A stretch of 64,000 nucleotides of DNA from Eledone cirrhosa. Lineage: Eukaryota. Positions 1 through 14,294 of this stretch are shown here, piece by piece. The stretch is taken from contig OZ024743.1 of NCBI GenBank assembly GCA_964016885.1, forward strand, positions 128,526,001 through 128,590,000, in the 5' to 3' direction. The notes below the pieces were generated by a model that saw only the letters and a program-made list of their open reading frames with translations, ran no database searches and had not been told where the DNA came from. Position 1 is the first letter of the stretch. Every line of letters starts with the position of its first letter. Position numbers and translations under genes: made by a program.

Positions 1-1294
1 AAAAATAAAGTATGATCAAAATACAAGGAATGAAATAAATTTAAATATAAAACCATGATCAAAATAAACTGAAATTAAAAGGGGGGTAAAACAGGTGGTT
101 GAAGGGTGTGGGGTGTAGGGGTGGTGGCGGGTGGAGTGGGGAGAAGGAGACGGGGTGTCCGAGCGGGGAGGGCTGAAGGTGGTGTGTGTGTGTAGGTGTA
201 CGTGTGTGTGTGTGTGTATATGTGAAAGTAAGGGTTGGGGGAAGAACGGGGTTGCATGTTCAGGAAGAGGTGTATGTGGTGGGGGTTGTAGGTCGGAGTG
301 TCTGCGCGTGTGTGGATAGAGGGGTGGGGGAAGAGGAATCAGGAGGCTGAGGGTGTAAATATGTGGTGGAAAGCACGTGCGTGTGGGGTCTAAGTGTGTT
401 GTGGGTGTAGGTGGCGTGTGGAGAAAAATTTTTTTTTGGGGTGTGTGTGTGGGTGAGTTATATAGGTGATTACGTAAGAGGATGGTTGAAAAGTTGGTAA
501 AATCCGATGATGTTTAGTGGATTCTGTGGTGGTCAAGTTCTACGTACGAGTATTCCATGAAGCGATGGTCGGAAGAGGAGAGATATGGGGTGCGCGCGCA
601 ACAGGAAGTGGTTAAGCAGTGGGAGTGCTGTGTGTCTGTTTGTGCTGGGAGGTGATCAGAGGGCATAGCAGCAGTCGGTGGAATGGTAAAGGGGCAAGGA
701 TGGGTAGGTGTGAAAGTTGGAGTGAGGAGGGTGTGTGTGTGTGTATTAGTAGAGGTGTTAGTGGGATGAGTGAGTGTGGAGCGAGGGTGTCGGTGGAGCG
801 GGGAGAGAAGGGTGTGTGTAGTTCTATGGAGGGAGTGTGGTGTACTGGTGTGTGTGTAGTTTGATGAAGGGGTGTTAGTGGGTGTTAGTATATGGGAGGT
901 GGGGAGGGGTTGAATGCAGGTGTGAGTGGGGGTTAGTGGTGGTAGGGTGTGTAGAGTTGGTGGTGTACGAGGGTGTGTGGGTACGTGTGCGTGGGGTTGG
1001 GGGGTGTTAGTGATGTTAGTTGCGGGGTGGTGGGATGGAGGTGTGGGGGTGAGGGTTAGTGGTGGTAGTAGGGTGTGTGTTTAGTGTGAGCGCGTGTATA
1101 TATGTGCTGGTGGGTGTGTGCGTGTGATAAGGAGGGGGGAGGAGGAGAAGAAGGGAGGGATGTTAGTATGTTAGTTGGGGAAGGATGGTCAGATGAGGGG
1201 TGGAGTGGAGGTGTTAGTATTGTTAGTTGTGGGGTGGGCGGTGAAAAGGAGGGGTGTGTTAGTGGTGTTAGTGGGGGAGGGGGGCGGTCGAAGG
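1..1294 (-). mobile_element. Probable C/A-rich 3' UTR of the adjacent PLE (runs off the window start)
   Basis: Continuous G/T-rich low-complexity + strand sequence directly downstream of the GIY-YIG stop codon. Confidence 0.5.
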
Positions 1295-1714
1295 CTAAAA
1301 GAATAAGGGTGGGGAGTTCAGGCCGGGGGGAGTGTGGGTCTGTAAGATGAAGATAGTTCTTTGTTCGACTCTAAGGCGATTGGCGGGTGTTCCGTGGCAC
1401 TGGAGTAGGCCACAGACTGTGAGATGGCGTGCGGAATGTCCAGGGCCACCAAAGTGGCGGGCGATGGGGGAACTACCCCCGAGACAAATATCCCGGAGGT
1501 GCTCAGTGAATTGGTCCGCCAGGCGACGTCCCGTCTGTCCGACATAAGTCGCGCTGCACTCCGTGCAGCGAAGTCCGTAGACTAGGTTGGAGGAGGTGCA
1601 GCGGAAGGCATGCCGGACAGAGAGAGAGTGGCCGTTGGGACCCTGGAAGGTGGTGGTGTTGGTGATGTGGGGACAGGTGTTGCAGCGGGGCCTAGAACAG
1701 GGAAAGGAACCCGG
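1295..1714 (-). mobile_element. PLE (Neptune-like) C-terminal linker + GIY-YIG endonuclease, 5'-truncated
   Basis: Manual minus-strand translation gives 139 aa plus TAG, absent from the ORF track: PGSFPCSRPRCNTCPHI...FRCTSSNLVYGLRCTECSATYVGQTGRRLADQFTEHLRDI...PIARHF...RVEQRTIFILQTHTPPGLN. CxxxxCxxC linker, VY/YVG, RxxEH and GLN motifs match Neptune-type PLE endonucleases. Confidence 0.88.
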
Positions 1715-4700
1715 TCTGAGAATTGAACTCCTTTTTTTCCTATTAGCTGCATCTTCTAACCAACTTTGTCTTTATTTCTTCCATTCTCTGTAACTATGTT
1801 TTCCTCTGCCTTCCCTTCTTTGTCTAGCCACTTGAATCCTTCTTCAACATGTGATCCAACCACATAGTCCTGAATTTTACACAGCCTTAGCACTATTCTT
1901 TTACAAGAATTAGGATACATACAATTTTGAGTATCATATTCAATAGAAGCATTTAAGTATCTTACAATAAACTAGTCAAACTATCATCATCATTGTTTAA
2001 CGTCTATCTTCCACGCTCTCTGTACCTCCATGTCACGATAACTCAAGAATGGGCCATTGTACGATTAATTCTCTTTATTTTCAATAATATAAAGTGGACA
2101 TTCTAGTGCAGCCACCATGAAACCACCTCTGGTTTTATGATACAAAACTGTTTCTTTTAAAGTGTTCATATTTATATTAAAGCCTTTCATCATAATTTTA
2201 TCTAAGAAAATTTTTTATTAAGTTATGGTCTGAATATGCTTAATAACAAAATAGATTACTTTAGTAAATTCCTCCAAAGTTTTGGTTATTTTCAAGATTA
2301 ATTGAAATATACAAACAGTGTTTTCCATTAGAAAGAGAGTAATAAAAGGATTAACTAAAACGGGAAGAAAATTTCTGGAAATTATTTTCAACAATTGATC
2401 TAGATATTTTGAATATGTTGGCTATCTTATATGACCCATAAGTGTGACCCCCCCCCCCCCCCACACACACACCACACCCTTCAAATTTGGAATTTGTTTC
2501 CTCACAAATTTCTTAATTCAGTCTTTTAATTAAATTTTACAGATACATTTCGCATGTTACTATGGTTCCCCTACAAGTCCACCAGGGATTGGGGGGTGGG
2601 GTGTGTGCGTGTGTGTGTGTGTGTGTGTTAGTGATGAAGAGAATCATTCTAAAAGATTGCTAAAATCTTATATACATTGAATGTCAAGAGATGTTTTATC
2701 AGATATAACCAGGAAAAGGAACTTCTCCTTTCTATATGGGTGGCAATGGAAAACAGATTTATGATGGAGATTTGGAGTTACTGAAGCATCGCAAATATTG
2801 CTATCATCATCATCATTATTATCTTTATTATCAAACTATATAAAAATATAAAAAGAATGAAAAATTATTTTTATTGCTATTATCATATATTATAAAAAGA
2901 AAAATATTATTATTACTATTATCATTATTATCAGACAAAAATTTATTTTAAAAATCATCCAGACAGATCTTGTGTTGTTTTTATAACCCTAAGAAGGAGT
3001 TATAACTAATGATCCATTGAGATTCTTTCAAAAGCTCAATTTTTTAACATACTCCTAAGGATCTTTGCAGTTCCTAATAATGTTTTTTTCTGTAATAGTC
3101 GTGTTTGAATTTCAATCCCAACCTTCTCAAGAGATGATTTTATTTCCTATAAAGTTTAATGACTTTGCTTATTTGCCACCATCAATAGTGGTAAAAAAAA
3201 TCATCATCCCCACCATCATACTCATTATTGTCATCACCCCCACGATATCCATGGTTAATTCAAACATGTAAACTGGTTTTGTTATAAAGGGAATTATTAG
3301 TTGTGTAGGAGGCGAAGTTGAATATGAAGAACTTTAAAGAAATTTTAGTTTAAAAGAAATTTACGGCCTTTTAAGGAAAAATGAAAGGTAATGCATTCGC
3401 CATTTTTTCCAGTGGGACCATGAAACCTTGGCATAACACAATGATTTGCTTTTGAAACTAAATTACCTGAAACCACCCTTGGCTCTATAATAAAAAGCTG
3501 ATTATCTTAAAATATTTAATAATTATTAAAAACTTTTCATCATAATTTTACTTAAGAACTTTTGTTAAGTTAGGCTCCAAACATCAGCTTAATGAGAAAG
3601 TTAGTTATATTACTAAATCCTTACAAATTTTTGATTATTTTTGAAAATCATAGTCAGTGTCTTTCTGTAGAAATAGTGTAACGAAAGTGCTAAATAATTT
3701 TGCTAGCTTTTATTGACAACCAAAATGCAACACATTTTGTCCTCTAGAACCACAGAATATTTTCATGACAAGGTTTGATTTTCTTTTCCCAAAATAAATG
3801 TAAAATATTAAAAACATAAATAAAAGATAACTAACCTAACATACATGAAACACTGTCAAAATTTTAGAAATGGAATGGCATATACAATACAACAACAAAC
3901 ATAACGCTAGCACCCACTTCCCTCCCTAGCCAAAAGAAAAGGTTAGTCTTGCAGGACCCATACTCATCTGAGACAATGATTTATTACCAGTTGCCCTTCC
4001 TGGTGCCAATACTTTTAATCACCTTAAACAACATGCAGGAATATAGTGTAACCATTCTAAACCAACTCTATATATATACTATTATATTTTCATGGTAAAG
4101 GCTTTATCTCACATAATTATCTCTCATAATATCGAATCTATGAGATTTTGATATTTATTTTAAGAACAATAGCTTAGCATCAGTATGAGTTGCCAGTTAC
4201 AGACAATTTGAAAAGAAATAAGTGAGAGTATTCTGGCCAGATGCGGGCGGTTTAAATGCTAAAGGGTTAATTTAAATATGAATGGTTTGGTTTTATAGAA
4301 CCAGAAGCAGTTTTGGATGTAAAGGAAATTTTCTGGCTTTTATTAAGAACTGAAAGACAACTCATTTTCCATTTTGTCTACTAGGACCACAAAACATTCA
4401 CATGCAATGCTGTGGTTTCCATTGTTAACTGTATTCAAGAAATGTTCTGGAATATAAAAATAATAAAATACAAATGAAATATAGCTAACCTAGCCTGCAT
4501 GGAGTATTAAGAGTCAGAATTTTGTAAATGGAATGGTAAATAGTAGAAAAGAAAGGGTTAATGAATGTGATCCATGTGCAGAAGTCATAATAATAGAGGA
4601 ATGAAATATATATGGCCCATGAGATTGATGGATGTGTGTTGTTTGAGAAGTTAAATGACAAACACTGAGGGGAAGGATCTGGAAAATAAGATGCCTGAAG

Positions 4701-5697
4701 GGTTGTTGGTGTGAGGGAGGAAGGAGAGAGTGAAAAGGAGTAAGAAAGAGATAGATAGAGATGAGGGTGGTAGATAAGAGGCAGAGGTTGAAAATTACAA
4801 TAGCTTGGACATGTCACAAGATATGGCATAGGCTTGACATGTAAACCAGAATGGACATAAAAAAAATTATACATATCATTGTATGCTTCTTGCTAATAAA
4901 TGAATAACACAAATAATAAATAAGTAAATAAAATAAATACATGAACTGAATACAGAAAAAGGTGAAGGAAAGGGCACCATTTCACACTGACTAGAAGAAA
5001 GAGGGGGTGATAGGGGGAAACATTTTTTTCACTATCAAGACTAATCATGGAACTAGACACACCCTAGCATCTGATTAATTGGTCTATCAACAAAGTTGAA
5101 GAATTAGACACCTTATTAGCATAGATTCTCAGCTTCTCAAGGGTGTTAATATCAGAGACAACATAGTCATGTGACTACCAATTAGCAAGGAAAAAAATTA
5201 AGACATCATTTTTAGACAGTTTTCCATTTCTAAGTGTTTCCCCAAACAATGATATATTTACAGTCAATTTATAATTCCCGGTTGGGGTATCAGTGACAAT
5301 TCCAAGAGGTTGAGATGCAGAAATGTTTCTTGCCACAGGGATGCCATAACCAAACCACACCCAGCTACGCCCACACAGAAATATATTTCTTGTTCTCTTT
5401 TATTGGTTTCAGTCAGTAGACTGCTGCCATGCTGGGGCACTACCTATCATATCGACCCTATTACTTTTTTTTTTTTCAAACCTGGTGCATATTTTATCAA
5501 TATCTTTTTTTAATTTTTGTCAAACTGCTAAGTTACAGGTACAGACACAAATTAAAACACAGACTCACACTTACACACTTATATAAACACACACATGTGT
5601 GTGTGTGTGTATAAAAGGTAAACAGAAATAACAACACAATCGGTAGAGTATATGGAAGGAATATATTAGTTTAATACTTGAAATAACAGGAAGAGGG

Positions 5698-5733
5698 TCT
5701 TGAAGTTTGGGACACTAGTTCTTCATCAGAAGA
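5698..5733 (-). ncRNA. Degenerate minimal type I hammerhead motif (PLE terminal-repeat relic)
   Basis: Minus strand reads TCTT-CTGATGA-AGAACTAGTGTCC-CAAACTTC-AAGA; stem I (TCTT/AAGA) and CUGAUGA are intact, GAAA and stem II are decayed. Confidence 0.5.
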
Positions 5734-5922
5734 AAGAATGAGAGATTAGTAAGATTGAAGGGACGAGCAGGGCGGAATCGGAAAAAATGTTTTTAGAGAA
5801 AACGAACAGGTCCATTCATGTTGCCATATATATATATCCAAACCCATGCTAGCGTGGAAGATGGACGATGATGATGATATATATATATATATATATGGCA
5901 ACATGAATGGACCTGTTAGTTT

Positions 5923-5955
<33 letters not shown>

Positions 5956-5983
5956 GTGTGTGTATGTGTGTGTACGCACGCAT

Positions 5984-6022
<39 letters not shown>

Positions 6023-6603
6023 TCACTGTTATCATTTTTACATCCACTTTTTCATGTTAGCAGGAGTTGGACAGGATAGTTTCAGACAATGAATTTCAGC
6101 CAAATGCCGTTCCTGGTGCCAACTCTTTTAGTCACCTCTTACAATACACAGGGAGATGGTGTCCCTATTCTAAAAACAAGGAGACATATAACATAGATAC
6201 ATACAACATATATATAATGTTTTTTTTCACAATCATTGGTCAAACTGAGGCTATACTTGTCTAAAATGATATGCAGAAACCATAGCTGCAAAATCAACCA
6301 TGCCTACTTTCTATATATACTTGTTAGAACTGTAAAATGAGCAGAAAAGTCTAGACTGATTCTCATTCTACTTTTAAGTATAAACTATACTTACAACATA
6401 GTATACTTAGTGTGTTTAGTATTTAGCTTAGTGAACAGCTATCTCAACAGATCCCCAGCTGGGTGGGAGAGTGAATCAAACTGCCTTCACTGATTAACAC
6501 CCTTGAGAGGCTTATAAAAAGATTATATCTCCATCTCAAGATTCTGATTTAGTAGTTATATTAGTGTTGTGGCCTAGACTAAGAAATGGAAATAATTTAC
6601 ACA

Positions 6604-6760
6604 ATGGCTGTGTGGTTAAGGAGTTTGCTTCCTCACTGAAGTTCACCTTTGGGTAAGTTTCTTCAACTATAGCCACAGGTGGACCAATGCTTTGTGAATG
6701 AAATTTGGTAGATGGAAACTGTAAAAGTTCATTGTGTGTATGTGTGTATGTGTGTGTGTT
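6604..6760 (+). mobile_element. Degenerate tRNA-derived SINE
   Basis: TGGCTGTGTGGTTAAGGAGTTTGCTT head, CACCTTTGGGTAAGTTTCTTCAACTATAGCC core and TTTGGTAGATGGAAACTG before (TG)n; related pieces near 15200, 20030-20130, 22520-22700(-), 41960. Confidence 0.6.
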
Positions 6761-7234
6761 TCTATCCCATAATTTACTAAGTTCAACAAATAAAGATCTA
6801 TAAAATAAGTATCATGGGTCAATATGATCAACTAGATACCATTACGACTGAGACCAGCAAATGACAACTTGAAACAGGTGTTTATTTAACTGTCTAATGC
6901 AATATCTTTTTTTGTTGTTGCCGTACTGATGTTAGGGTATTGTTCTCAAAATAAATAATATTAAAATCTCATAGATTCGATATTACGTGATATAATTATG
7001 TGAGGTAAAGCCTTTACCATGAAAATATAATAGTAAATATAGAGTAATGTAAATGCTAAAGGGTTAAATCTTAACAGAACACATATTTATATTTTACAAG
7101 CAGTTCCCACCACCCTAATTTTAATAAAACATTTGACGAAAATAGTTTTCGAAAGAGAATTCATTCATATAAAACAAAACATAAATTTTTATCAAATTTT
7201 ATTAAAAGACATAATTTTAAATGAAATTGAATTC

Positions 7235-7660
7235 AGCAGTTGGTGTTAGCAAGGGCATTCAACTATAGACACCAAAATCTGCAACTTACAGGCAATATGT
7301 TGTCCTTTGACTCCCACCTCTCTCTCATGACAAAAAGTGCCCAGTCAATACAGTAAAGTGGTTGTTTTAGTGCTGTGACAAAAAGTACCCAGCCCACACT
7401 GTAAAGTTGTCACGTTGGGGTCATGACAAAAAGTGCCCAGTCCACACTGTAAAGTGGTTGTTTTAGTGTCATGATTATATATATGCAGTCTACACTGTAT
7501 ATGTGGTTGGCATTAGGAAGGGCATCCAGCTGTAGAAACCTAGTCAGAAACAGTTCTGTATAAGCAAGACATGGTGATCTGATTCAACTTGCCTCACAAT
7601 AGGACAACTCATCTAACCCATGCTAACATAGAAAAATGGACATTAAAAGGTGATGATGAT
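7235..7660 (+). mobile_element. RTE 3' UTR fragment with internal tandem units and (GAT)n tail
   Basis: GGTTGGCATTAGGAAGGGCATCCAGCTGTAGAAA core shared with 34970-35000; repeated CACACTGTAAAGTGGTTG units; GATGATGAT tail. Confidence 0.75.
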
Positions 7661-8339
7661 ATATATATGCAAATACACCTATACACATTCTCACTACATA
7701 ACTAACACATATATATGCAACTGATACCTGTATACACTCACTATCATTTAATCCATTACATACACAGATTTACACTATATCTTAGAGGACAATAAAACAG
7801 TGACAACTGAGGCCTAGAATGGAAAGTAGATGCATGATGATGATGATGATGATGATGGCGATACTGAATTTTGCAGAAACACTAATTTTTTCACAAAATT
7901 CACTTTGAGAAAACTTTGTCTAATGCCATATTCAATTATGAAGGAATGTAGAAATAAAGACTGAATATTAAAACTAATAGTGTGTTCTGAAAAGTTTGAA
8001 AAGACTTAAAACCTTCCACCACTGGCAGAAATTTAAAACCTTTGGTATTAATTATTCTTGGTATTAATGAGTAAACGGGTGAAAGGTTTTAATTAATATT
8101 CAAAATAACAAAACTTTGGAAAGGGTTTAGTAAAACATGCGTAACTTTATATATTGTGCTAGTGTTGACAAACTGAAAATCCATTATTCATGCTGCAATG
8201 ACAATTTGTTCAAGACTTTAGCTTTAAAATGAATACTTTAATATGAACAGCGTTAGGCAAATTATATATATAAGATCTTTGGCTGAACCAAGATCTTTAG
8301 GCAAATTATATATATATATATATAAGATCTTTGGCTGAA

Positions 8340-8806
8340 TCGAGATCTTTGGTTGGACCGAGATCTTTGGCGCCACGCAGTAATACAGAAGACCCGCCTT
8401 GCCTATGTACAAAGCCAAACCTACAGTCAGTAGGCACCTCTTAACCAAATATACACCCCCAACCGACTACTCCTACTCCATCCTCCCACTAACACCACCC
8501 TTTCTCTGTAAAGTTATGTTGGTACCACAACATCCAGTCCAAACTAATGAGGTCGTATAGGTGTCAAAACAAAAAAAAACACACAGTCCACGCTGTAATG
8601 TGGCTGTGTAGGTAACACGGTAAAAAGTTCTCAGTCCACACTGTAAATGTGGTTGGTGTTAGGAAGGGCATCCAGCCGTAGAAAACCTGCCAGATAGTCC
8701 TATACGAGAGAGACACGGTCACCCGACCAATCTTGCCTCAAGTGGGACAATTCCCGTCTAACTCATGCTAGCGTGGAAGATAGACATTAAATGATGATGA
8801 TGATGA
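8340..8806 (+). mobile_element. 5'-truncated RTE LINE 3' end
   Basis: GGACCGAGATCTTTGGCG (DRDLWR ORF end), 3' UTR homologous to 34680-35237, (GAT)n tail. Confidence 0.85.
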
Positions 8807-8824
8807 TATATATATTCTTTTTTT

Positions 8825-9858
8825 TTTTCTGTGAAACTCAACAAATCTGCCACTGAAACATCTCATTCTTTAACACAAGTTTGTGGAGATGCCACTCTAT
8901 CAAGAAATAAGTGGCACAAATCATTCAAAGAAGGCCAAGAAAATGTTGAAGACGAACCTTGTTCTGGAAGGCCAGTTTCATCAACTAATGAACAAAATTT
9001 GGAAGTGGTGCAAGCGGTGATTGCCTATTAAGTGCTAGGATTACTGTAGAAGAAATAGGCTTGGATAAAAATGCAGTTCACAGAATTTTGACAAACCATT
9101 TGCATATGTAAAAAATGTGTGCAAAACTTTTGCCCAAACACTTGTCTGTTGAGCCAAAAGCGAACTGGTTGGGAATTTGTCAGATTTTGCTAGAAAGACT
9201 CGAAGTTGAGCCAAATTTCTTGGATAAAGTAATAACAGGAGATGCATCATGGGTGTTTGAGTACAATACAGAGACAAAACGGTAAAGTGATGTGTGGTAC
9301 ATGAAAAATTATCCTTGTTTGAATAAAGCACACATTAGCAGATCCAGGGTGAAAATGATTATCATTTTTTCGACAGCCAAGGTATTGTTCACAAAGGATT
9401 TTTACCTCAAGACAGACAGTTAATCACACCTTCTATAAAGAAGTCTTGGAACGATTTCGAAAATGGGTCCAGCAAGTATGAAAGGACATTGCAGGAGATT
9501 GGGTACTGCACCACAATAATGTGCCTGCTCACAGAGAATTTTCAATTAGAGAATTTTTGGCAAAGAAAAACATTGCCACTCATCCCAACAGCCCAGATCT
9601 AGCTCTGTGTGATTTCTACTTCTTCTCTAAGTTGAAATCAAAGCTGAAGGGTCATCATTTTGGGACAGTAGATAATATACAAAAGGACACTCAAAGAAAA
9701 TTACCTCTAGTACTGCTGCAAACAATGGAAAAAACGTTGGAACCACTGTGTAACTTCCCAAAGGTCGTATTTTAAAGGAGATAACTTGTAATTTCATCTA
9801 TGTCTAATATACATTTAAATAAAACATCGGCACCCTTACTTTTAGGATATGTTTTATA
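8825..9858 (+). mobile_element. Decayed Tc1/mariner transposon (transposase pseudogene)
   Basis: KLNKSATET...WHKSFKEGQENVEDEPCSGRP (HTH), VITGDASWVFEY, HHNNVPAH, HPNSPDLALCDFYFFSKLKSKLKG (YSPDLAPxD-like); many stops and frameshifts; ends at (TA)n. Confidence 0.9.
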
Positions 9859-9868
9859 TATATATATG

Positions 9869-9907
<39 letters not shown>

Positions 9908-9950
9908 ATATATATATATGTTATATATATATATATATATGTTATATATG

Positions 9951-10013
<63 letters not shown>

Positions 10014-10390
10014 TGTGTATATGTTTGCTTTCATAAAGGAATGGTGCAATCAGAAAAAGAAAAAAAGGTATGTTTTAGCAATGCAAATGTTTCCTGCTGC
10101 AATATAACACTACAGTAGCGGAATAGAGAAAATACTAACTTGAAGAGGTAATTAAAGAAAAACAAAAACCCTTCGCAGTTTTCAAAACATATAAGCAACA
10201 ACCATGACAAAAATGACTTCACATGTACTCCTAGAACAATATGGCATATAGCAAAAAGAGTAAGCATGCTTCCTGTTAGTTCCTTCTAGTGTATATATAC
10301 TAAACCCCCTGCAGTGTGTGCATTCATACATCTAAGTTAACTGGCAGCAGTTACTCAATGATATATATATGTACAGTTACTCAATGACAC

Positions 10391-10433
<43 letters not shown>

Positions 10434-12112
10434 GTAAACATTTTTGTGTGCTTTGTTATTATTGCTGCTTTCATTGTTATTATACTGTTTTTATTGTTGT
10501 AAGTCATATTGGCTTGGATAATTTATGATTAGAACATGAAAACATTTAGTGAAACCATTAAGGGAATTGCTACTTAGAACAATAACAGAGGAAGTCATAG
10601 AGAGGAAAAGTAGGACAAATTCCTTCTAAAGGACTTTTGACTACTTTTCAAATATAGTAAGCATCCTTTCATTGTATACACACGCACACGCACACGCACA
10701 CACACATTATTCTTTTATCTTCATTTTCAGATTGCCACAATCCCAGATTAGATGGATTGGAGAACCATATTTTGCTTATATGTTCCATATTTTGGCATGG
10801 TTTCTACAGCTCAATGTCCTTCCTAATCCAACCACATTGCAGAGTATCCTGGGTGTATTTTATAGCACTAGCACTACCATATTGCAGTGTACTGCATAGT
10901 ACCAACACTATTAGTTTACAATGTGTAGTAGGTGCATTTTATCATGGTACCAGCACTAAACAGTTTGTTATGTACTTGGCAAGGTTAAGAGGCATAAATA
11001 TATTATCTTCATCTGTATAATGTTAGAGTGCATGAACAGTGAAGCACAGATGAACTGGGAGAAAAAATTGTACATAAGAGAAATCAAAATGTAGTGTGCA
11101 AGAGAAAAAATTGCATTAGTATGAACACAAAATGTGCATGAATGTTGATCATTGAATGAAGCAAGGAAGTGAAACTGCAAAAGAGAAAGACCAAGAAGCA
11201 CATTCAACACCAAGCAGAAGAGGTGAATGATTATCCCAGGATGTTGAAACTCGAAAATGAGATGACAAAGGAGATGTCAAAGGAAAAAGAAAAGTAAAAG
11301 GAATGCTGGATAGAACTCAGCTAAGCCATGTGAACATGGAAAAATAGATGTGATAATGGTGATGAAAAACTAGGATGAGTGAGTGTGATCCCCTTTTGGA
11401 AACAGATATAGCTGGTGTATCCAGAATGTTAGGCTGAACTGTATGATTGAGAGTTGAGAGACAGAGTGTATAGTTGCATGATAAAAAAAAAAGTCAAATT
11501 CTGTCTCAAGCCTGGAGGCTCAACAGACCAGAGTTTATCTCAGTTTCATTGATGTTAAATACAAGACTCTTCCAAAGATGGGACTCCAGTCTATCATAGG
11601 TTTCACCACCAACTGTTGCTGGTTGGAAACAAACTCACAGCATTGCAATCATGAACCCAAAACCCTAACCACTGGGCCTGTGTATATTTCACTTCATTTA
11701 CACAAATTGGATAAATTAGGTTTTTCAAGTGTATCTGGGCTTTAATTACTGTGTATACTCCAGTTTTTAGAAGAGGTACACCCTATTCATATGTATTGTA
11801 AGATGTGACTAAAAGGGTTTACCTCAGGAAGGGCATCCAGCTGTAAATGTCTCAAAAAGTTCCATTCAACCCATGCCAATGATGCTGATTATAATGCACT
11901 CTTTATTCTTTTACTGATTTTAGTCATTTGATTGTAGCCATGTTCAGGTCCTGCCTTCAATGGATTTAAGTTGATTGCTATTTGTCAAATGTAGAACGTA
12001 AACAAACACACACACACACACTGGTTGCATGGTTCCCAATACTTGACTAGTACCTTATTTTATTGGCATTGGAATGTAAAGAGCTAGAGTATATAAGTAA
12101 TAATAATAATAA

Positions 12113-12325
12113 TGGTTTCTGATTTAGGCACAAGGCCAACAATTTTCGAGGGGAGGAGGAAAGTCGACCAAATCAAACCCAGTATGTAACTGGTACTTTA
12201 TTTTATTGACCCTGTAAGGATGAAAGGCAAAGCTAATCTCAGCAAGATTTGAACTCAGAACACAAAGGACCATAACTCTATGCCACTAAGCATGTTATCC
12301 GACGCTCTACCGATTATGCCAGTTC
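12113..12325 (-). mobile_element. tRNA-derived SINE with Meta/MESC-like central domain
   Basis: Reverse complement of GAGTTCAAATC...TTTGCCTTTCATCCTT...GATAAAATAAAGTACCAGT...GGCCTTGTGCCTAAA; same family as 20395-21096. Confidence 0.75.
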
Positions 12326-12604
12326 TTAGTATATCACTGATACATATTTTCTCAAACCCAGAAAATATGACTAACACAATAATGAAATAGGAGAATTGAA
12401 CCCATAATATCTACCTTCATGACACAATGTTGTAGTGTGTTGTTTACTTTTAGACAATGAGGTTTTCCGTTATAATAATACAAATAAACATCACAAACAA
12501 TCTAGAAAAAACACTTCAGATGTAAGAGGGATATATTTGTTTTGGATGAGTCACACACTATATATATATTATATGTATGCAAAAGGCAAACAGAAATTAC
12601 ATAT

Positions 12605-12635
<31 letters not shown>

Positions 12636-13742
12636 CCCACACATATGAATGTATATGTACTAAAACAACAAAACAAAAATAAGCCAATAAACAAAAGCTA
12701 ACACATAAATGTCACTTCTATAGCTGACAAAAATTCTTCACTGAGATCTTGAATTATGATAGAATCTATTTGATATTAAAACTTCAAGAAGATTCTATCT
12801 TTGTTGCTGTTTTTCTCTGTAACATTCTCAGTTATAATGACAAATGCATAAAAAAAGATATCTTTTGAGACTTTTGTCAAACACCTGTTACATAAGTATA
12901 TATATAAATACATAAGTGCTACAATGAAAGTCATATTATAATTTTACTCGAGTCACATATCAATATATTTGTATATCTTATAAATTATTGAAACACTGGG
13001 CGATTTGAAATTTTAATATGTGGGAATCCCAGATGTAAAAAATAACTGTAATAACAGTGGATCACTTAGCAAATCAGGTAAAATTTCCTAGGAAAGATGT
13101 AAAGGCTGGAGAGCAGTGAGCATGCTTTGATGATTGAGTTGTGTTACGTTGAGTGCTTTTCCTACTATTACATCATGGTCAACTATACGAAATGATCAGT
13201 TCTATCCAGTGATGAACTATCAACTTCAATGAATATATATATATAATGTCTCAATAGTCCTTTGAAATTCTGTTTTTTTTTATTTTTCGTATGGTTAAGA
13301 TCTATAACGGCAATTTATACAAAATATACCTCATTTCAATTTTCCCGCCTGCACAGTCCTGAGGTGAACTAAAGGTCATTCTTCCACCAATGATGTCACT
13401 ACTTGTTGCCAACTACTATAGCCTTGGCAGTAGTAACTGACCTATGCATGGAGCTGGACATGGATACCTCTTGCATTTTAATAACATCTGCTGACAAAGC
13501 ATTGCTCTAATTTGGCAGGCATAGTTGCACTTATGCTGCCACTGTAACTGGCAGATTGTGAGTTGCAGCTGTTAGTGCAGTCTGCACTTGCAGAAACCCA
13601 TTGGGTCCAGGACAAAAAACTACGTGCAAACACTCCATTACAAATATACATTTTGTTACTATTCTGAGAATGGTTGGCTCGAGTATACGTTGAAACTGAG
13701 CAACCGAGCTACAGAAAATGTTTTTCCTATCATCTCAGTAAC

Positions 13743-13784
<42 letters not shown>

Positions 13785-14294
13785 CATATACTATATATAT
13801 TCATATATAAGCCAAAATAACAAAAAAAAAAAAAAAAAAAAAAAATCGATGGTAAAATGGTGGGGTCAGCTGATATTGCTGAATTTCACCATCAAAATTC
13901 TATGTAAATGAGGTACTAAATTATTTTCGATTTGAAGATAAATATTGCACTGGTTTCAGCTTTGATGTGAAATTCGTATTTCTTATTGTTTTTGATGTTT
14001 TGAATGAATATGGCCTTCAAAGCAGTCTGAAATTGGAAACAAATCATTATGTAATGGAGTTGTGAAACAAAAACTATACTCTAAACAACACTCAAGACAT
14101 TTTAAATATCAAAATATTAAAACTTCATGAGAATTTAAAAACCACACAGCCCAAACATAATGTGTGGGTCCTTGCTTCAGCTTCTAAATGGGGCTTAGAT
14201 TTTTGCCTATTTCTCAGGCATATAATAGGCTATCAGCTTATATTTGGGATCAGCTTATAGTTGAGTATAAACAGTATATACGAATTGGCAGAGT

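Noticed and set aside
14225-14277. pogo/Tc2-like right TIR (TCAGCTTATAGTTGAGTATAAACAGTA)
   Set aside because: Matching left TIR and transposase could not be located with confidence.
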